From Alkalilimnicola ehrlichii MLHE-1 (GTDB lineage: Bacteria > Pseudomonadota > Gammaproteobacteria > Nitrococcales > Halorhodospiraceae), in assembly GCF_000014785.1 (NCBI RefSeq), contig NC_008340.1, positions 1,830,001 to 1,862,000 of the forward strand: 32,000 nucleotides of DNA. Reading direction: 5' to 3'. A program made the translations under genes and the position numbers. Positions 7,768-16,371 of the stretch are shown here, one piece after another (position 1 is the first letter of the stretch; every line of letters begins with the position of its first letter). Below the pieces are notes generated by a model. It saw nothing but the letters and a program-made list of their open reading frames with translations, was not told where the DNA came from and ran no database searches.

Positions 7768-8187
7768 TCAGTCATCGCCGGCCGGCCGGTTGCGCAATCG
7801 CTTGACCCGGCCGCGCCGCTTTTTGCCCTCCATCCGCCGCTGTCGCGCCGCCCGGGTCGGCTGGGTGGGACGGCGCCGGCGGACCGGCCGGGCCGCCTCC
7901 CGGATCAGCGCCCGCAGGCGCTCCAGGGCATCCTGCCGGTTCTGCTCCAGGGTCCGGTATTGTTGGGCCTTGATGACCACCATCCCCTCTTTGCTGATGC
8001 GGTGATCGGAGACCGCCAGCAGCCGCTGCTTATAGTAGGCCGGCAGGGTGGAGCGCCGGATATCAAAACGCAGGTGCACGGCAGTGGCCACCTTGTTGAC
8101 GTTCTGCCCGCCGGCGCCTTGGGCACGGATCGGCTGGATCTGGATCTCCCAGTCGGCGAGGGTGACACTGTTGGATATCCGGAGCAT
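7768..8187 (-). CDS. arfB: Alternative ribosome-rescue factor ArfB (YaeJ), peptidyl-tRNA hydrolase
   Basis: IRAQGAGGQNVNKVATAVHLRFDI (GGQ motif), LPAYYKQRLL, and a basic C-terminal tail RRRRPTQPTRAARQRRMEGKKRRG are colinear with E. coli ArfB. I chose the ATG at 8187 (MLRISNSV...) by homology. The ORF-track start at 8220 would overlap the upstream gene. Confidence 0.9.
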   Translation of the reverse strand: MLRISNSVTLADWEIQIQPIRAQGAGGQNVNKVATAVHLRFDIRRSTLPAYYKQRLLAVSDHRISKEGMVVIKAQQYRTLEQNRQDALERLRALIREAARPVRRRRPTQPTRAARQRRMEGKKRRGRVKRLRNRPAGDD

Positions 8188-8200
8188 GGCGGGTGATCGC

Positions 8201-8668
8201 TCAGAGCCAGAATCGGCCACCGGCGCCCACGGCGACCGTGACCAGGCCGAGCGCTAGGTTGAAGGCCACCGTGCTGCGGATGGTGGCCAGGTCCTTGGCC
8301 CCCGCGCTCCAGTCCTCCTGGGCCACCGCCCGCCGGAACCGCTGCCAGGGACGGAAAAACAGGTAGGCGAACACGCCGGTCATCACCAGGCCAAGCACGT
8401 GCATCAGGTGGATGTGCATGCCCGATCCGGCGAAGCCGCCGAACACCCCGAAGAGCAGGTAATAACCGGTCGCGAGCAGCACCAGGATCGAGGCCCAGAC
8501 CAGCGGGAAGAAACGGGCGAAGACACCACGCCAGAGCGTCTGCCGGGCCGGCCCCTCCAACGTCTCGGCCGCCACCGGGCGCAGAATGCCCCAGGCGAAG
8601 GCCATGCCGCCCACCCAGAGGACGGCGGCGAGGGCGTGCAGGGCCAGGGCGGTGCTGACGTAGGGCAT
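8201..8668 (-). CDS. Small four-TM membrane protein, CopD-family-like
   Basis: 155 aa with four hydrophobic helices. The N-terminal LHALAAVLWVGGMAF motif resembles CopD-type proteins. GGAGA lies 5 nt upstream of the ATG. It ends 13 nt before arfB on the same strand. The functional assignment is weak. Confidence 0.5.
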   Translation of the reverse strand: MPYVSTALALHALAAVLWVGGMAFAWGILRPVAAETLEGPARQTLWRGVFARFFPLVWASILVLLATGYYLLFGVFGGFAGSGMHIHLMHVLGLVMTGVFAYLFFRPWQRFRRAVAQEDWSAGAKDLATIRSTVAFNLALGLVTVAVGAGGRFWL

Positions 8669-8749
8669 GGCGGTCTCCGGCGGTCGGGTGCGGTCACGGG
8701 GTGCCCTTCCAGCCTAGCAGGCTGCCCTGGGTCCTGGCACGCCGGCCGG

Positions 8750-9622
8750 TCAGTCTCGGCGCGCGCTGATACACCAGGAGCTGGAGGGCATTACCACCTT
8801 GCCTTGATCCAGGTAGGGGCGCAGCGCCTCAGCCAGCGCCTGCTCGATCTCGTCACGTCGCTGCGCCGCGACCTCCCCCGCCTCGCGGAAGACCTCACCC
8901 GCCGGCCCGATGGCCAGCTGAAAGGCGATGGCGTCGTCCAACGAGTCACCCACGGTCACCGGGCCATCAATGCGCTCGAAACCGATATCGCCAAAGCCGG
9001 CGATCTCCAGCTGCCGGGTCACCACCTCCGGATTGGCCATGGAGAACGGTCCCGGACCACAGGTCCGCGCGTCCTCTCCCGGGGGCGGCAGGTAGTCGAG
9101 GACCACCTCCTTCGGCAACCCCAGCCAGGGGTTATCCTCCACGTCGCGCCAGACGATGAACATCAGCTCGCCGCCGGGTCGCAGCGCCGAGCGCACGTTC
9201 CGCATGGCCGCCACGGGATTCTCAAAGAACATCATGCCGAAGCGAGAGAAGGCCATATCGAAGGCAGGCTGGAAGGGATAACGCTCCACGTCCGCCGCCA
9301 CAAAGTCCACGTTATGCAACGCCCGCCGCCGGGCCTCCTCGCGAGCACGCTCCAGGAAGTCGTCGACACAGTCGATCCCCAGCACATAGCCCTGCGCTCC
9401 GGTCTTTTCCGCCAGGGCGAGGGCGGTGTCCCCCCAGCCGCAGCCCACGTCCACCACCCGCGCCCCGGGCGCCAAGGCCAGATTGCCCAGCGGCACGCGG
9501 CTGTGGTAGCTCAACCCGTCCATCAGGATATGGCGAAAGCGGTTGAACTTCACCGCCAGGGTGTCGTTCCAGAACTGGACGTACTCGGTGGGATCTGTCA
9601 CCCCATGCGTGATCTCAGCCAT
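8750..9622 (-). CDS. Class I SAM-dependent methyltransferase
   Basis: The SAM-binding motif is RVVDVGCGWGDTALALAEK, with downstream FDMAFSRFGMMFF and LRPGGELMFIVW. I chose the ATG at 9622 (MAEITHGV...), which has GGAGG 8 nt upstream. The ORF-track start at 9745 adds a Cys/Ser/Ala junk leader. Confidence 0.85.
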   Translation of the reverse strand: MAEITHGVTDPTEYVQFWNDTLAVKFNRFRHILMDGLSYHSRVPLGNLALAPGARVVDVGCGWGDTALALAEKTGAQGYVLGIDCVDDFLERAREEARRRALHNVDFVAADVERYPFQPAFDMAFSRFGMMFFENPVAAMRNVRSALRPGGELMFIVWRDVEDNPWLGLPKEVVLDYLPPPGEDARTCGPGPFSMANPEVVTRQLEIAGFGDIGFERIDGPVTVGDSLDDAIAFQLAIGPAGEVFREAGEVAAQRRDEIEQALAEALRPYLDQGKVVMPSSSWCISARRD

Positions 9623-9919
9623 GGCAGCCGCCCTCCTATACCAGCACAGCCTACTGCTCGACGGCGAATGCATCGCCGCCGCTGATGCGCTGCAGCAGTC
9701 GTGCCTGCCGCATAGCGTCAGGACAGGGGCCAGTCCGCAGGGCAAGGCAAGCCTGCCACCGCAAGAGTGTACGGGGAGTATAGGTTCGCAAGCCCACGAC
9801 TTCTGCGCCGGAGGCCCTGCGGTTTTGCGTGGGCCATCGCCCGTGTGTCGATGGGGAAAGGCAGGTCATCTGCCGCCTGTTCCACACCTACTTCTTCGTG
9901 CGGCCACAGGGGCTTGCCG

Positions 9920-10366
9920 TCAGCGATTCGCCGTCAGGAACCGATCAAGCTCATTGGCGAAGGCCTGGCGGTCGCGCTGGCTCATGGCCGGGGCGCCGCC
10001 CGTGTCCACCCCGCTGGCCCGCAGGGTGTCCATGAAATCGCGCATGTTCAGACGCGCCTTGATATTACTGGTGGTGTAGCGCTCACCACGGGGATTGAGG
10101 GCATGGGCCCCTTTTGCAATCACCTCGGCGGCCAGGGGGATATCGGCGGTAATCACCAGATCCCCCGGCTCGACGCAGCGGACGATTTCGTTGTCCGCCA
10201 CATCGAAACCGGGGGCCACCTGGACCCGGCGAACATACCGCGAGCGTGGCACCCGCACGGGCTGGTTGGCCACCAGGATCAGCGGCGTCCGGGTGCGCTC
10301 CGCCGCCCGGAACAGGAGCTCCTTGATGACACCCGGACAGGCATCGGCGTCCACCCAGATACTCAT
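9920..10366 (-). CDS. YaiI/YqxD family protein (UPF0178/DUF188)
   Basis: [25 protein letters not shown]...LVANQPV...[30 protein letters not shown] is characteristic of the family. The ATG at 10366 has GGAGG upstream. Confidence 0.85.
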   Translation of the reverse strand: MSIWVDADACPGVIKELLFRAAERTRTPLILVANQPVRVPRSRYVRRVQVAPGFDVADNEIVRCVEPGDLVITADIPLAAEVIAKGAHALNPRGERYTTSNIKARLNMRDFMDTLRASGVDTGGAPAMSQRDRQAFANELDRFLTANR

Positions 10367-10433
10367 CCAGAGGCCTCCTCCAGCGCCAGTCCAGGCGCTG
10401 GGTAACGGCCTGCCCGGCGGCACTGCGGCATGA

Positions 10434-11717
10434 TCAGCCCTGGCGGGCCGACTGGCCCGGACGGCCACCGCGGCGCCGGCCGCCTTGCGGGCGGTTGCCG
10501 GCCGGCGCGCCGTTGGGCCGCCGGCCGCCGCCGGCACCGCGTCCGGCCGGCTTCTTGAACAACGGTTGCGGCCGCTCGCTGGGATCCGGTTCGAAGCCTG
10601 GCACGATATGCTGATCGATGGGCCGCTTCAGCAGCTTGTGGATACCGTCCAGCAGCTTGTGCTCGTCCACGCAGACCAGCGACAACGCCTCGCCACCCCG
10701 TCCGGCCCGGCCGGTGCGGCCGATGCGGTGGACATAGTCCTCCGGCACGTTGGGCAACTCGTAGTTGACCACATGGGGCAGCTGGTCGATATCCAGCCCG
10801 CGGGCGGCGATGTCCGTGGCCACCAACACCCGGACCCGGCCCTGCTTAAACTGGGCCAGCGCCTTGGTACGGGCGCTCTGGCTCTTGTTGCCATGGATGG
10901 CCGCCGAGCTCAGACCGTCCTGGTCCAGTTGCCGGGCCAACCGATCGGCGCCGTGCTTGGTCCGGGTGAAGACCAGCACCTGCCGCCAGTCACCATCCTG
11001 AATCAGGTTGCTGAGCAGGGCGCGCTTCTCACCGCGGCTGACCGGGTGCACCCGCTGGTTCACGTTCTCGGCGGCGGTGTTGCGGGCGGCCACCTCGATC
11101 TGCGTGGGGTTACGCAGCATGCCCTCGGCCAGTTGGCGGATCTCCTTCGAGAAGGTGGCCGAGAACATCAGGGTCTGGCGCTGCTTCGGCACGGCGGCGA
11201 TCACCCGGCGGATGTCGCGGATGAAGCCCATGTCCAGCATGCGGTCGGCCTCGTCCAGGACCAGCATCTCGACCCCGGAAAGGTCCACGGTGCCCTGGCC
11301 CATGTGGTCCAGCAGCCGGCCGGGGGTGGCCACCACGATGTCGACGCCGCGGCGCAGGGTCTGGATCTGCGGGTTCATGCCCACGCCGCCGAAGATCACT
11401 GCGGTCTTCAACGGCAGCTTGCCACCATAGGTCTTCACACTGTCCCGCACCTGGGCGGCCAGCTCGCGGGTGGGGGTCAGGATAAGGGCGCGCACCCGGC
11501 GACGCCCGCCCTCCGGGCGGTTCTGGCTGAGCCGCTCCAGCATGGGCAGGGTGAACCCGGCCGTCTTGCCGGTACCGGTCTGGGCGGCCGCCATCACGTC
11601 GCCCCCCTGCAGAATGGCCGGGATGGCCTGGGCCTGCACCGGGGTGGGTTTGCTGTAACCCTGTTCAGCGACAGCACGAAGCAGCACGGCCGACAGACCG
11701 AGAGAATCAAATGACAT
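10434..11717 (-). CDS. rhlE: DEAD-box ATP-dependent RNA helicase RhlE
   Basis: The Q-motif and motif I are [14 protein letters not shown]...[16 protein letters not shown]. Also present are DEAD ([13 protein letters not shown]), [13 protein letters not shown] and an Arg/Gly-rich C-terminal tail. The ATG at 11717 (MSFDSLGL...) matches RhlE N-termini. Confidence 0.9.
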   Translation of the reverse strand: MSFDSLGLSAVLLRAVAEQGYSKPTPVQAQAIPAILQGGDVMAAAQTGTGKTAGFTLPMLERLSQNRPEGGRRRVRALILTPTRELAAQVRDSVKTYGGKLPLKTAVIFGGVGMNPQIQTLRRGVDIVVATPGRLLDHMGQGTVDLSGVEMLVLDEADRMLDMGFIRDIRRVIAAVPKQRQTLMFSATFSKEIRQLAEGMLRNPTQIEVAARNTAAENVNQRVHPVSRGEKRALLSNLIQDGDWRQVLVFTRTKHGADRLARQLDQDGLSSAAIHGNKSQSARTKALAQFKQGRVRVLVATDIAARGLDIDQLPHVVNYELPNVPEDYVHRIGRTGRAGRGGEALSLVCVDEHKLLDGIHKLLKRPIDQHIVPGFEPDPSERPQPLFKKPAGRGAGGGRRPNGAPAGNRPQGGRRRGGRPGQSARQG

Positions 11718-12015
11718 AGAAAGGATGACTCCTGGGGTGCCTACCCGCACGGCCTTGCGACACAACAGCGGGGCCCGGTCCAGGCAAAAAAAAGGGGTGA
11801 ATTCGGGGAGGCCCTGTGAGGGGGTGACCGCGAACGCGTGACGCCGACCGGAGCGCGCCAACGCCGGGGACTATACCAGTTATCGCGCCTTTCCACACCC
11901 TTTCGCGTGAGATCAGTCGGCCATGGCACAGTCCGGCTGCGGCGGGATTATGGTAATAGTGAGCCTGAGGGCCCCAAAACGACCGTCGTCAGGTAAGAGC
12001 GAGGACCGATCCGGC

Positions 12016-14019
12016 ATGAACGAAGACGCCTCAGCGGCATTGCAGCAGGCCCTGGAATCGAAGGGCGCCGACAACCTGGTGGCGGCCCTGCGCCCAATCA
12101 TCAACTGGTTGCGCCCGGCCGACCCCGCCCAACCGCTGACGGCCGAGCAGCGGGTCTCCACCCTGGCCGAGACCCTGACCCGGCGGGAAGACTTGCGGAC
12201 GCCACTTCAGGCGTTGCTGCGGGCATCGCTCTCCCAGGCCACCCACCTGCCGCTCCACACCGAGATCGGACTCTTCTCCCGGCGCGGTTTCATCGGCGAG
12301 TTCGGCCAGCGCTTCTACGAGCGCCTGAACCCGCGCCCACGCGACCCCGGTAACCTGCGCGACCTGCTTGACCAGCTCTTCGACCGCCCGGACGACCCCG
12401 AGTGGGTGACGGCCGTGCCGGACGCGGCCTGGCTGACCCTGTTCGATGCCCTGGGCCCGTCGGCCGGGGCGACGGACCCGGCCTGTGAGCGGGCCCGCGA
12501 GCAAGCCCTGTACGCGGTGGAGATGCTCTCGCTCTGGGTGGCCGCGGAGGAGCTGGAACCCGAGTTGCTACGCTTGGACCCCGGGCTGGCCGAGCGGGAC
12601 TCCCCCTTCGTGGCCCAGGAACGCGAGGTGGCCGGCTATATCCGCGCTTACAACCAGTGGCTGGAGGAAGCCGATGCGCCCTGCCCCGACGACGGCCATG
12701 CGCGGGCGCTCCTGGAGCAATGCCGCGAACAGCTCGACCACTTCCACCGGCGCGCGGTTACCCTGGGGAGCACGATCGGCCTGACGCACCTGCTGGCGCG
12801 GTTGGAACAGACCCTGGAGCGCATCGTCACCCTGCTCGACATCCTCTCCCCGGCCAGCGGCGCACAGCGGCGCCAGGTAGCGGTCAGGCTGTTCAAGAGC
12901 CTGGTCCGCGAGAATGCGCGCCAAACCAGCCTGCGCGCGCTCTGGCAGGACAACACCCACCTGGTGGCGCGCAGCATCACCGAGCAGGCCAGCAAGACCG
13001 GCGAGCATTACATCACCGAGGACCGTCGCGACTACCTGGGCATGCTCCGGGCCGGGGCCGGCGCCGGACTGATCATCGGTTTCATGGCCTTGATCAAGAT
13101 CCGGCTGGTGGAGATGGGCCTCTCCCCCGGTTGGGAGACCGTCTGGGTCAGTCTCAACTACGGCCTGGGCTTCGTCCTCATCCACATCCTGCACTTCACG
13201 GTGGCCACCAAACAGCCGGCCATGACCGCGGCACGGCTAGCGGCGGTGATCGAGACCGGCGACCAGGGGGCCGCCGACCGCCGGAAACTCGCCCAACTGC
13301 TGCTGCAGGTCGGGCGCTCCCAGTTCGCGGCCGTTGTGGGCAATGTCAGCGTCGCTCTGCCGATAGCGCTGCTGGTGGGGTGGCTAAGCATCAGCGCCTT
13401 CAACACCCCTGCGCTCAGCCCCGGACAGGCCGACTACCTGATGGAGGGGCTGCGTCCGCTGATGGGACTGGCCCTGCTGCACGCCGCCATCGCCGGGGTA
13501 TGGCTGTTCGTGGCCGGGCTGATCGCGGGCTTTTTCGACAACCGGGCGGCCTACCTGGACCTGGCGCGCCGGCTGCGTGGCAACCCCCACCTGGCACGGG
13601 TCCTGCCCGACGGCCCGCGAGCGCGGATCGCCGACTACCTGGACCAGCATTATGGAGCGCTGGCCGGCAACTTCCTGTTCGGCGTCCTGCTCGGCACCAC
13701 CGGCTACGCCGGCTACCTGATCGGCCTGCCGCTGGACATCCAGCACGTCGCCTTCGGCTCGGCCAACCTGGGCTATGCCGCCACCGTGCTGGACCCCGGT
13801 CCGGCGCTCTTTCTGCTCTACCTGGGCTTTGTGCTGTTGATCGGCGCGGTAAACCTCTGGGTGAGCTTCGGGCTGGCGCTGCATGTGGCCCTGCGCGCCC
13901 GCGGCGTGCGTCTGGGCAACCTGAGGGCGCTGGCACGGGCCTACGGCCAGGCGCTGCGCGAGGCGCCCCGGACATTCCTCTTTCCCCCGGGCGATGCACC
14001 AGACCATCCCCGGGACTAG
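12016..14019 (+). CDS. Membrane protein of the family annotated as site-specific recombinase (Gcr / SpecificRecomb family)
   Basis: A soluble N-terminal half of ~350 aa is followed by about 6-8 hydrophobic helices (GAGLIIGFMALIKIRLV, LNYGLGFVLIHILHFTV, ALPIALLVGWLSISAF, AAIAGVWLFVAGLIAGFF, FLFGVLLGTTGYAGYLIGL, LFLLYLGFVLLIGAVNLWVSFGLAL). Size and architecture fit that proteobacterial family as I recall it. I prefer the ATG at 12016 (GAGGA about 10 nt upstream) over the ORF-track ATG at 11923, which has no SD. Confidence 0.6.
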   Translation: MNEDASAALQQALESKGADNLVAALRPIINWLRPADPAQPLTAEQRVSTLAETLTRREDLRTPLQALLRASLSQATHLPLHTEIGLFSRRGFIGEFGQRFYERLNPRPRDPGNLRDLLDQLFDRPDDPEWVTAVPDAAWLTLFDALGPSAGATDPACERAREQALYAVEMLSLWVAAEELEPELLRLDPGLAERDSPFVAQEREVAGYIRAYNQWLEEADAPCPDDGHARALLEQCREQLDHFHRRAVTLGSTIGLTHLLARLEQTLERIVTLLDILSPASGAQRRQVAVRLFKSLVRENARQTSLRALWQDNTHLVARSITEQASKTGEHYITEDRRDYLGMLRAGAGAGLIIGFMALIKIRLVEMGLSPGWETVWVSLNYGLGFVLIHILHFTVATKQPAMTAARLAAVIETGDQGAADRRKLAQLLLQVGRSQFAAVVGNVSVALPIALLVGWLSISAFNTPALSPGQADYLMEGLRPLMGLALLHAAIAGVWLFVAGLIAGFFDNRAAYLDLARRLRGNPHLARVLPDGPRARIADYLDQHYGALAGNFLFGVLLGTTGYAGYLIGLPLDIQHVAFGSANLGYAATVLDPGPALFLLYLGFVLLIGAVNLWVSFGLALHVALRARGVRLGNLRALARAYGQALREAPRTFLFPPGDAPDHPRD

Positions 14020-14101
14020 GGGTCCTTTATCCGTCCGCCCGTGGCGGGCTACCCTGAGGCACCAACACTGCAATAGAAAACGCCGCCGGAGGAGTTATGC
14101 C

Positions 14102-15283
14102 ATGACCGATGACCGCCACCATTTCGGCACCCGAGCGCTCTGGGCCGGCGAGTCCGAGGACCCGCACTGCCGGGACGTGGCCCTGCCGATTCACCACAGT
14201 GTCACCTTCGCCTACGAGGACGTCGACGAGTGGTTCGATGTGGCACTGGACCAGAAGCCCGGCTATATCTATTCGCGCAACAAGAATCCGACCGTCCGCC
14301 CCTTGGAACTGACCATGCGGGCGCTGGAGGGGGCCGAGGAGGCCATCAGCTTCTCCACCGGCATGGCCGCCATCAGCAACACCCTCTATACCCTGCTGGC
14401 CCCCGGCGACCGGGCAGTGGCGATCAAGGATACCTACGGCGGCACCAACAAGATTTTCATCGAGTTCCTGCCCCGGGCCGGGGTGGATGTGGCGATGTGC
14501 GACACCCTCGACTTCGACGGTATCGAGGCGGAGATCCGTAAGGGCTGCAAGCTGCTCTACCTGGAAACGCCCACCAACCCGACCCTGAAGGTGGTCGACA
14601 TCGCCCGGCTCTCCCGGGTGGCCCACGAGCACGGCGCCAAGGTGATTGTGGATAACACCTTCGCCACGCCCATCAACCAGCGGCCGCTGGAACTAGGTGC
14701 AGACCTGGTGGTGTACAGTGCCACCAAGTACCTGAACGGCCACTCCGACGCCATGGGCGGTATCCTCTGCGGCCCCAAGGGGATCGTTGACCAGGTTTAC
14801 CACTACCGGGAGATCAACGGCGCCACCCTCCACGCCAACACCGCCTACATGATCCTGCGCGGGCTGAAGACCCTGGAGCTGCGTATTCAACGCCACAACG
14901 AGAACGCCCAGCGCATCGCCGAGTACTTGCACGATCACCCCAAGGTGGACCACGTCTTCTACCCGGGCCTACCGGATCACCACAACCACGCCATCGCCAA
15001 GGCGCAGATGGACGGTTACGGCGGTATGCTCAGCTTTGCGCTGACCGGCGACTTCGACCAAGTGAAGCGCTTTCTGCCGCGCCTGCACCTGGCCCACAAG
15101 GCCGCCAGCCTGGGCTCCGTTACCACCCTGGTGGGCCCTCCCAGGGTGACCAGCCACGTGGAGCTGACCGCAGAGGAGCGTCGGGCGGCGGGCATTCCGG
15201 AGAGCCTGATCCGCTACTCGGCCGGCATCGAAAACGCCGAAGACTTGATTGCCGACCTGGAGCAGGCCCTGGCCGGCCTCTGA
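14102..15283 (+). CDS. Cys/Met-metabolism PLP-dependent enzyme (cystathionine gamma-synthase / beta-lyase / sulfhydrylase family)
   Basis: 393 aa. The PLP-lysine motif is VVYSATKYLNGHSDAMGG, with YSRNKNPT and VDNTFATP also present. The ATG at 14102 has GGAGG about 8 nt upstream. The exact reaction cannot be assigned from sequence. Confidence 0.9.
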   Translation: MTDDRHHFGTRALWAGESEDPHCRDVALPIHHSVTFAYEDVDEWFDVALDQKPGYIYSRNKNPTVRPLELTMRALEGAEEAISFSTGMAAISNTLYTLLAPGDRAVAIKDTYGGTNKIFIEFLPRAGVDVAMCDTLDFDGIEAEIRKGCKLLYLETPTNPTLKVVDIARLSRVAHEHGAKVIVDNTFATPINQRPLELGADLVVYSATKYLNGHSDAMGGILCGPKGIVDQVYHYREINGATLHANTAYMILRGLKTLELRIQRHNENAQRIAEYLHDHPKVDHVFYPGLPDHHNHAIAKAQMDGYGGMLSFALTGDFDQVKRFLPRLHLAHKAASLGSVTTLVGPPRVTSHVELTAEERRAAGIPESLIRYSAGIENAEDLIADLEQALAGL

Positions 15284-15372
15284 CCCGGCAACGGGTCCGG
15301 GCGACAACCCGGCCGCGCCGTGCGGCGCCATCAGCGTCGCCGGCCCGGCGCCGGGCCCGCCCGGGTCACCGC

Positions 15373-15852
15373 TCAGTCGCGCTGGTAGGTGCCCACCAAC
15401 CGGTTCATACCGATGATCTTCGGCTCAATCCGCTCGAGCAGTTGCCAAAGGCTCAGCCCCGACGGCAGTTGCTCGTCGTCGTTGAGCGCCAGCACCCAGA
15501 AGTAGTACCGGTGCAGGCCGTGCCCCTCCGGGGGCATCGGGCCGCCATAGCCCACATTACCGAAGTCGTTCTTGCCCGGTGTGTACTGGTCCGTCCCCTC
15601 GGCCAGTTCGACCACATCGTTGGGGATGTTATAGAGCACCCAATGCACGAAACCGTAGGTGCCATTGGGGCTGACCAGCGGCGCATCGGGATCGTGGCAG
15701 ATGACCGCGAAGGCGCGAGTGCCATCGGGCACATTGGACCAGGCCAGGGCCGGCGAGACGTCCTCCCCTTCACCGGTATGGCGGGTCGGAATGGCGCCGT
15801 TCTCCTGGAACGCGCCACTGGTGAGTGTGAGATCCGACAATGCAAAGCCCAT
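15373..15852 (-). CDS. YbhB/YbcL family Raf-kinase-inhibitor-like (PEBP) protein
   Basis: 159 aa. HDPDAP, FVHWVLYNIP and GYGGPMPPEGHGLHRYYFWVLAL are PEBP signatures. GGAGG lies upstream of the ATG. Confidence 0.9.
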   Translation of the reverse strand: MGFALSDLTLTSGAFQENGAIPTRHTGEGEDVSPALAWSNVPDGTRAFAVICHDPDAPLVSPNGTYGFVHWVLYNIPNDVVELAEGTDQYTPGKNDFGNVGYGGPMPPEGHGLHRYYFWVLALNDDEQLPSGLSLWQLLERIEPKIIGMNRLVGTYQRD

Positions 15853-15929
15853 GAGCCGCCTCCTTTGGGTTATGGGTTATCGTCTGACCTGCCCTAGCCT
15901 ACCGCGACGGCTCCACCCATTGCATCCAT

Positions 15930-15958
15930 TTGGGCCGCGGCCAAAGCTCGATTATACT
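15930..15958 (+). promoter_or_regulatory. Candidate sigma-70 promoter for kaiB
   Basis: TTGGGC (15930..15935), a 17-nt spacer, then TATACT (15953..15958). It sits in the only AT-rich patch of the PEBP/kaiB divergent intergenic region, 53 nt upstream of the kaiB ATG. This is pattern match only. Confidence 0.25.
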
Positions 15959-16010
15959 AATCCGATTGTGGGATTCGTTGCGTCGGGGACTTGGTGACAG
16001 GGTGGGGACT

Positions 16011-16307
16011 ATGGCCGAACGCGCTCTATTACGGTTGTTCATCTCGGACCACACCGATCGTTCGCGCCGGGCGCTGGCGAACCTGGAGCGCATCTGCGCG
16101 GAGGAGCTGCGCGGCCGCTACGAGATTGAGATCGTCGACGTGCTGCTCGACCCCCAGGCAGCGGAGAACGAACAGGTCCTCGCAACACCCACACTGATTC
16201 GCGAGCTGCCCCGCCCGATGCGCCGCATCATCGGGGACCTCGCCGATCACGACCAAGTGCTCCGGGATCTGGAGATCCAGCCCCTGGTAGCGGGCGACGG
16301 CGATTGA
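16011..16307 (+). CDS. kaiB: KaiB-family (circadian clock protein KaiB-like, thioredoxin-like fold) protein
   Basis: 98 aa. LLRLFISDHTDRSRRALANLERICAEEL.GRYEIEIVDVLLDPQAAENEQVLATPTLIRELPRPMRRIIGDLADHDQVL is colinear with cyanobacterial KaiB (...[64 protein letters not shown].VL). I chose the ATG at 16011. The ORF-track start at 15930 lies in the promoter region. Confidence 0.9.
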   Translation: MAERALLRLFISDHTDRSRRALANLERICAEELRGRYEIEIVDVLLDPQAAENEQVLATPTLIRELPRPMRRIIGDLADHDQVLRDLEIQPLVAGDGD

Positions 16308-16371
16308 GCCGCCAGCCCAACGGCACCAGGCCACCACACTACGTCAACCCTACCGCTAATTAGACACCCGA

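Noticed and set aside
9623-9919. Possible riboswitch or sRNA in the 297-nt gap upstream of the SAM-dependent methyltransferase; it includes a near-palindrome GGCGAATGCATCGCC at 9663..9677
   Set aside because: I could not match it to SAM, SAH or any other riboswitch consensus I know. GC-rich sequence forms many chance hairpins. It needs a covariance-model scan (Rfam/Infernal) before any claim. The 78-aa ORF here (9651..9887, minus) has junk-like composition.
10588-10598. GGTTCGAAGCC, resembling a tRNA T-arm/T-loop
   Set aside because: It lies inside the rhlE coding sequence. No acceptor or anticodon stem pairing can be drawn around it, and it is one mismatch from consensus. I treat it as coincidental.
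11923-14019. A mobile element implied by the 'site-specific recombinase' family name
   Set aside because: There are no terminal inverted or direct repeats, no integrase or transposase fold, no tRNA or att-like site, and base composition is identical to the surroundings.
5669-14057. Other long alternative-frame ORFs (5669..6742 +, 8399..9685 +, 10485..11714 +, 12657..14057 +, 13384..14073 -)
   Set aside because: Each overlaps a gene with clear family motifs in another frame. All are Arg/Pro/Gly/Ala-rich with no motif, and none has a plausible ribosome-binding site.
15297-15356. GC-rich palindromes (CCGGG-N6-CCCGG at 15297..15312; GCCCGGCGCCGGGC at 15343..15356) between the convergent PLP-enzyme and PEBP genes, considered as bidirectional terminators
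   Set aside because: There is no flanking U/A tract on either strand, the stems are short, and such palindromes are frequent in this base composition. They may still function, but the sequence alone does not support a terminator call.
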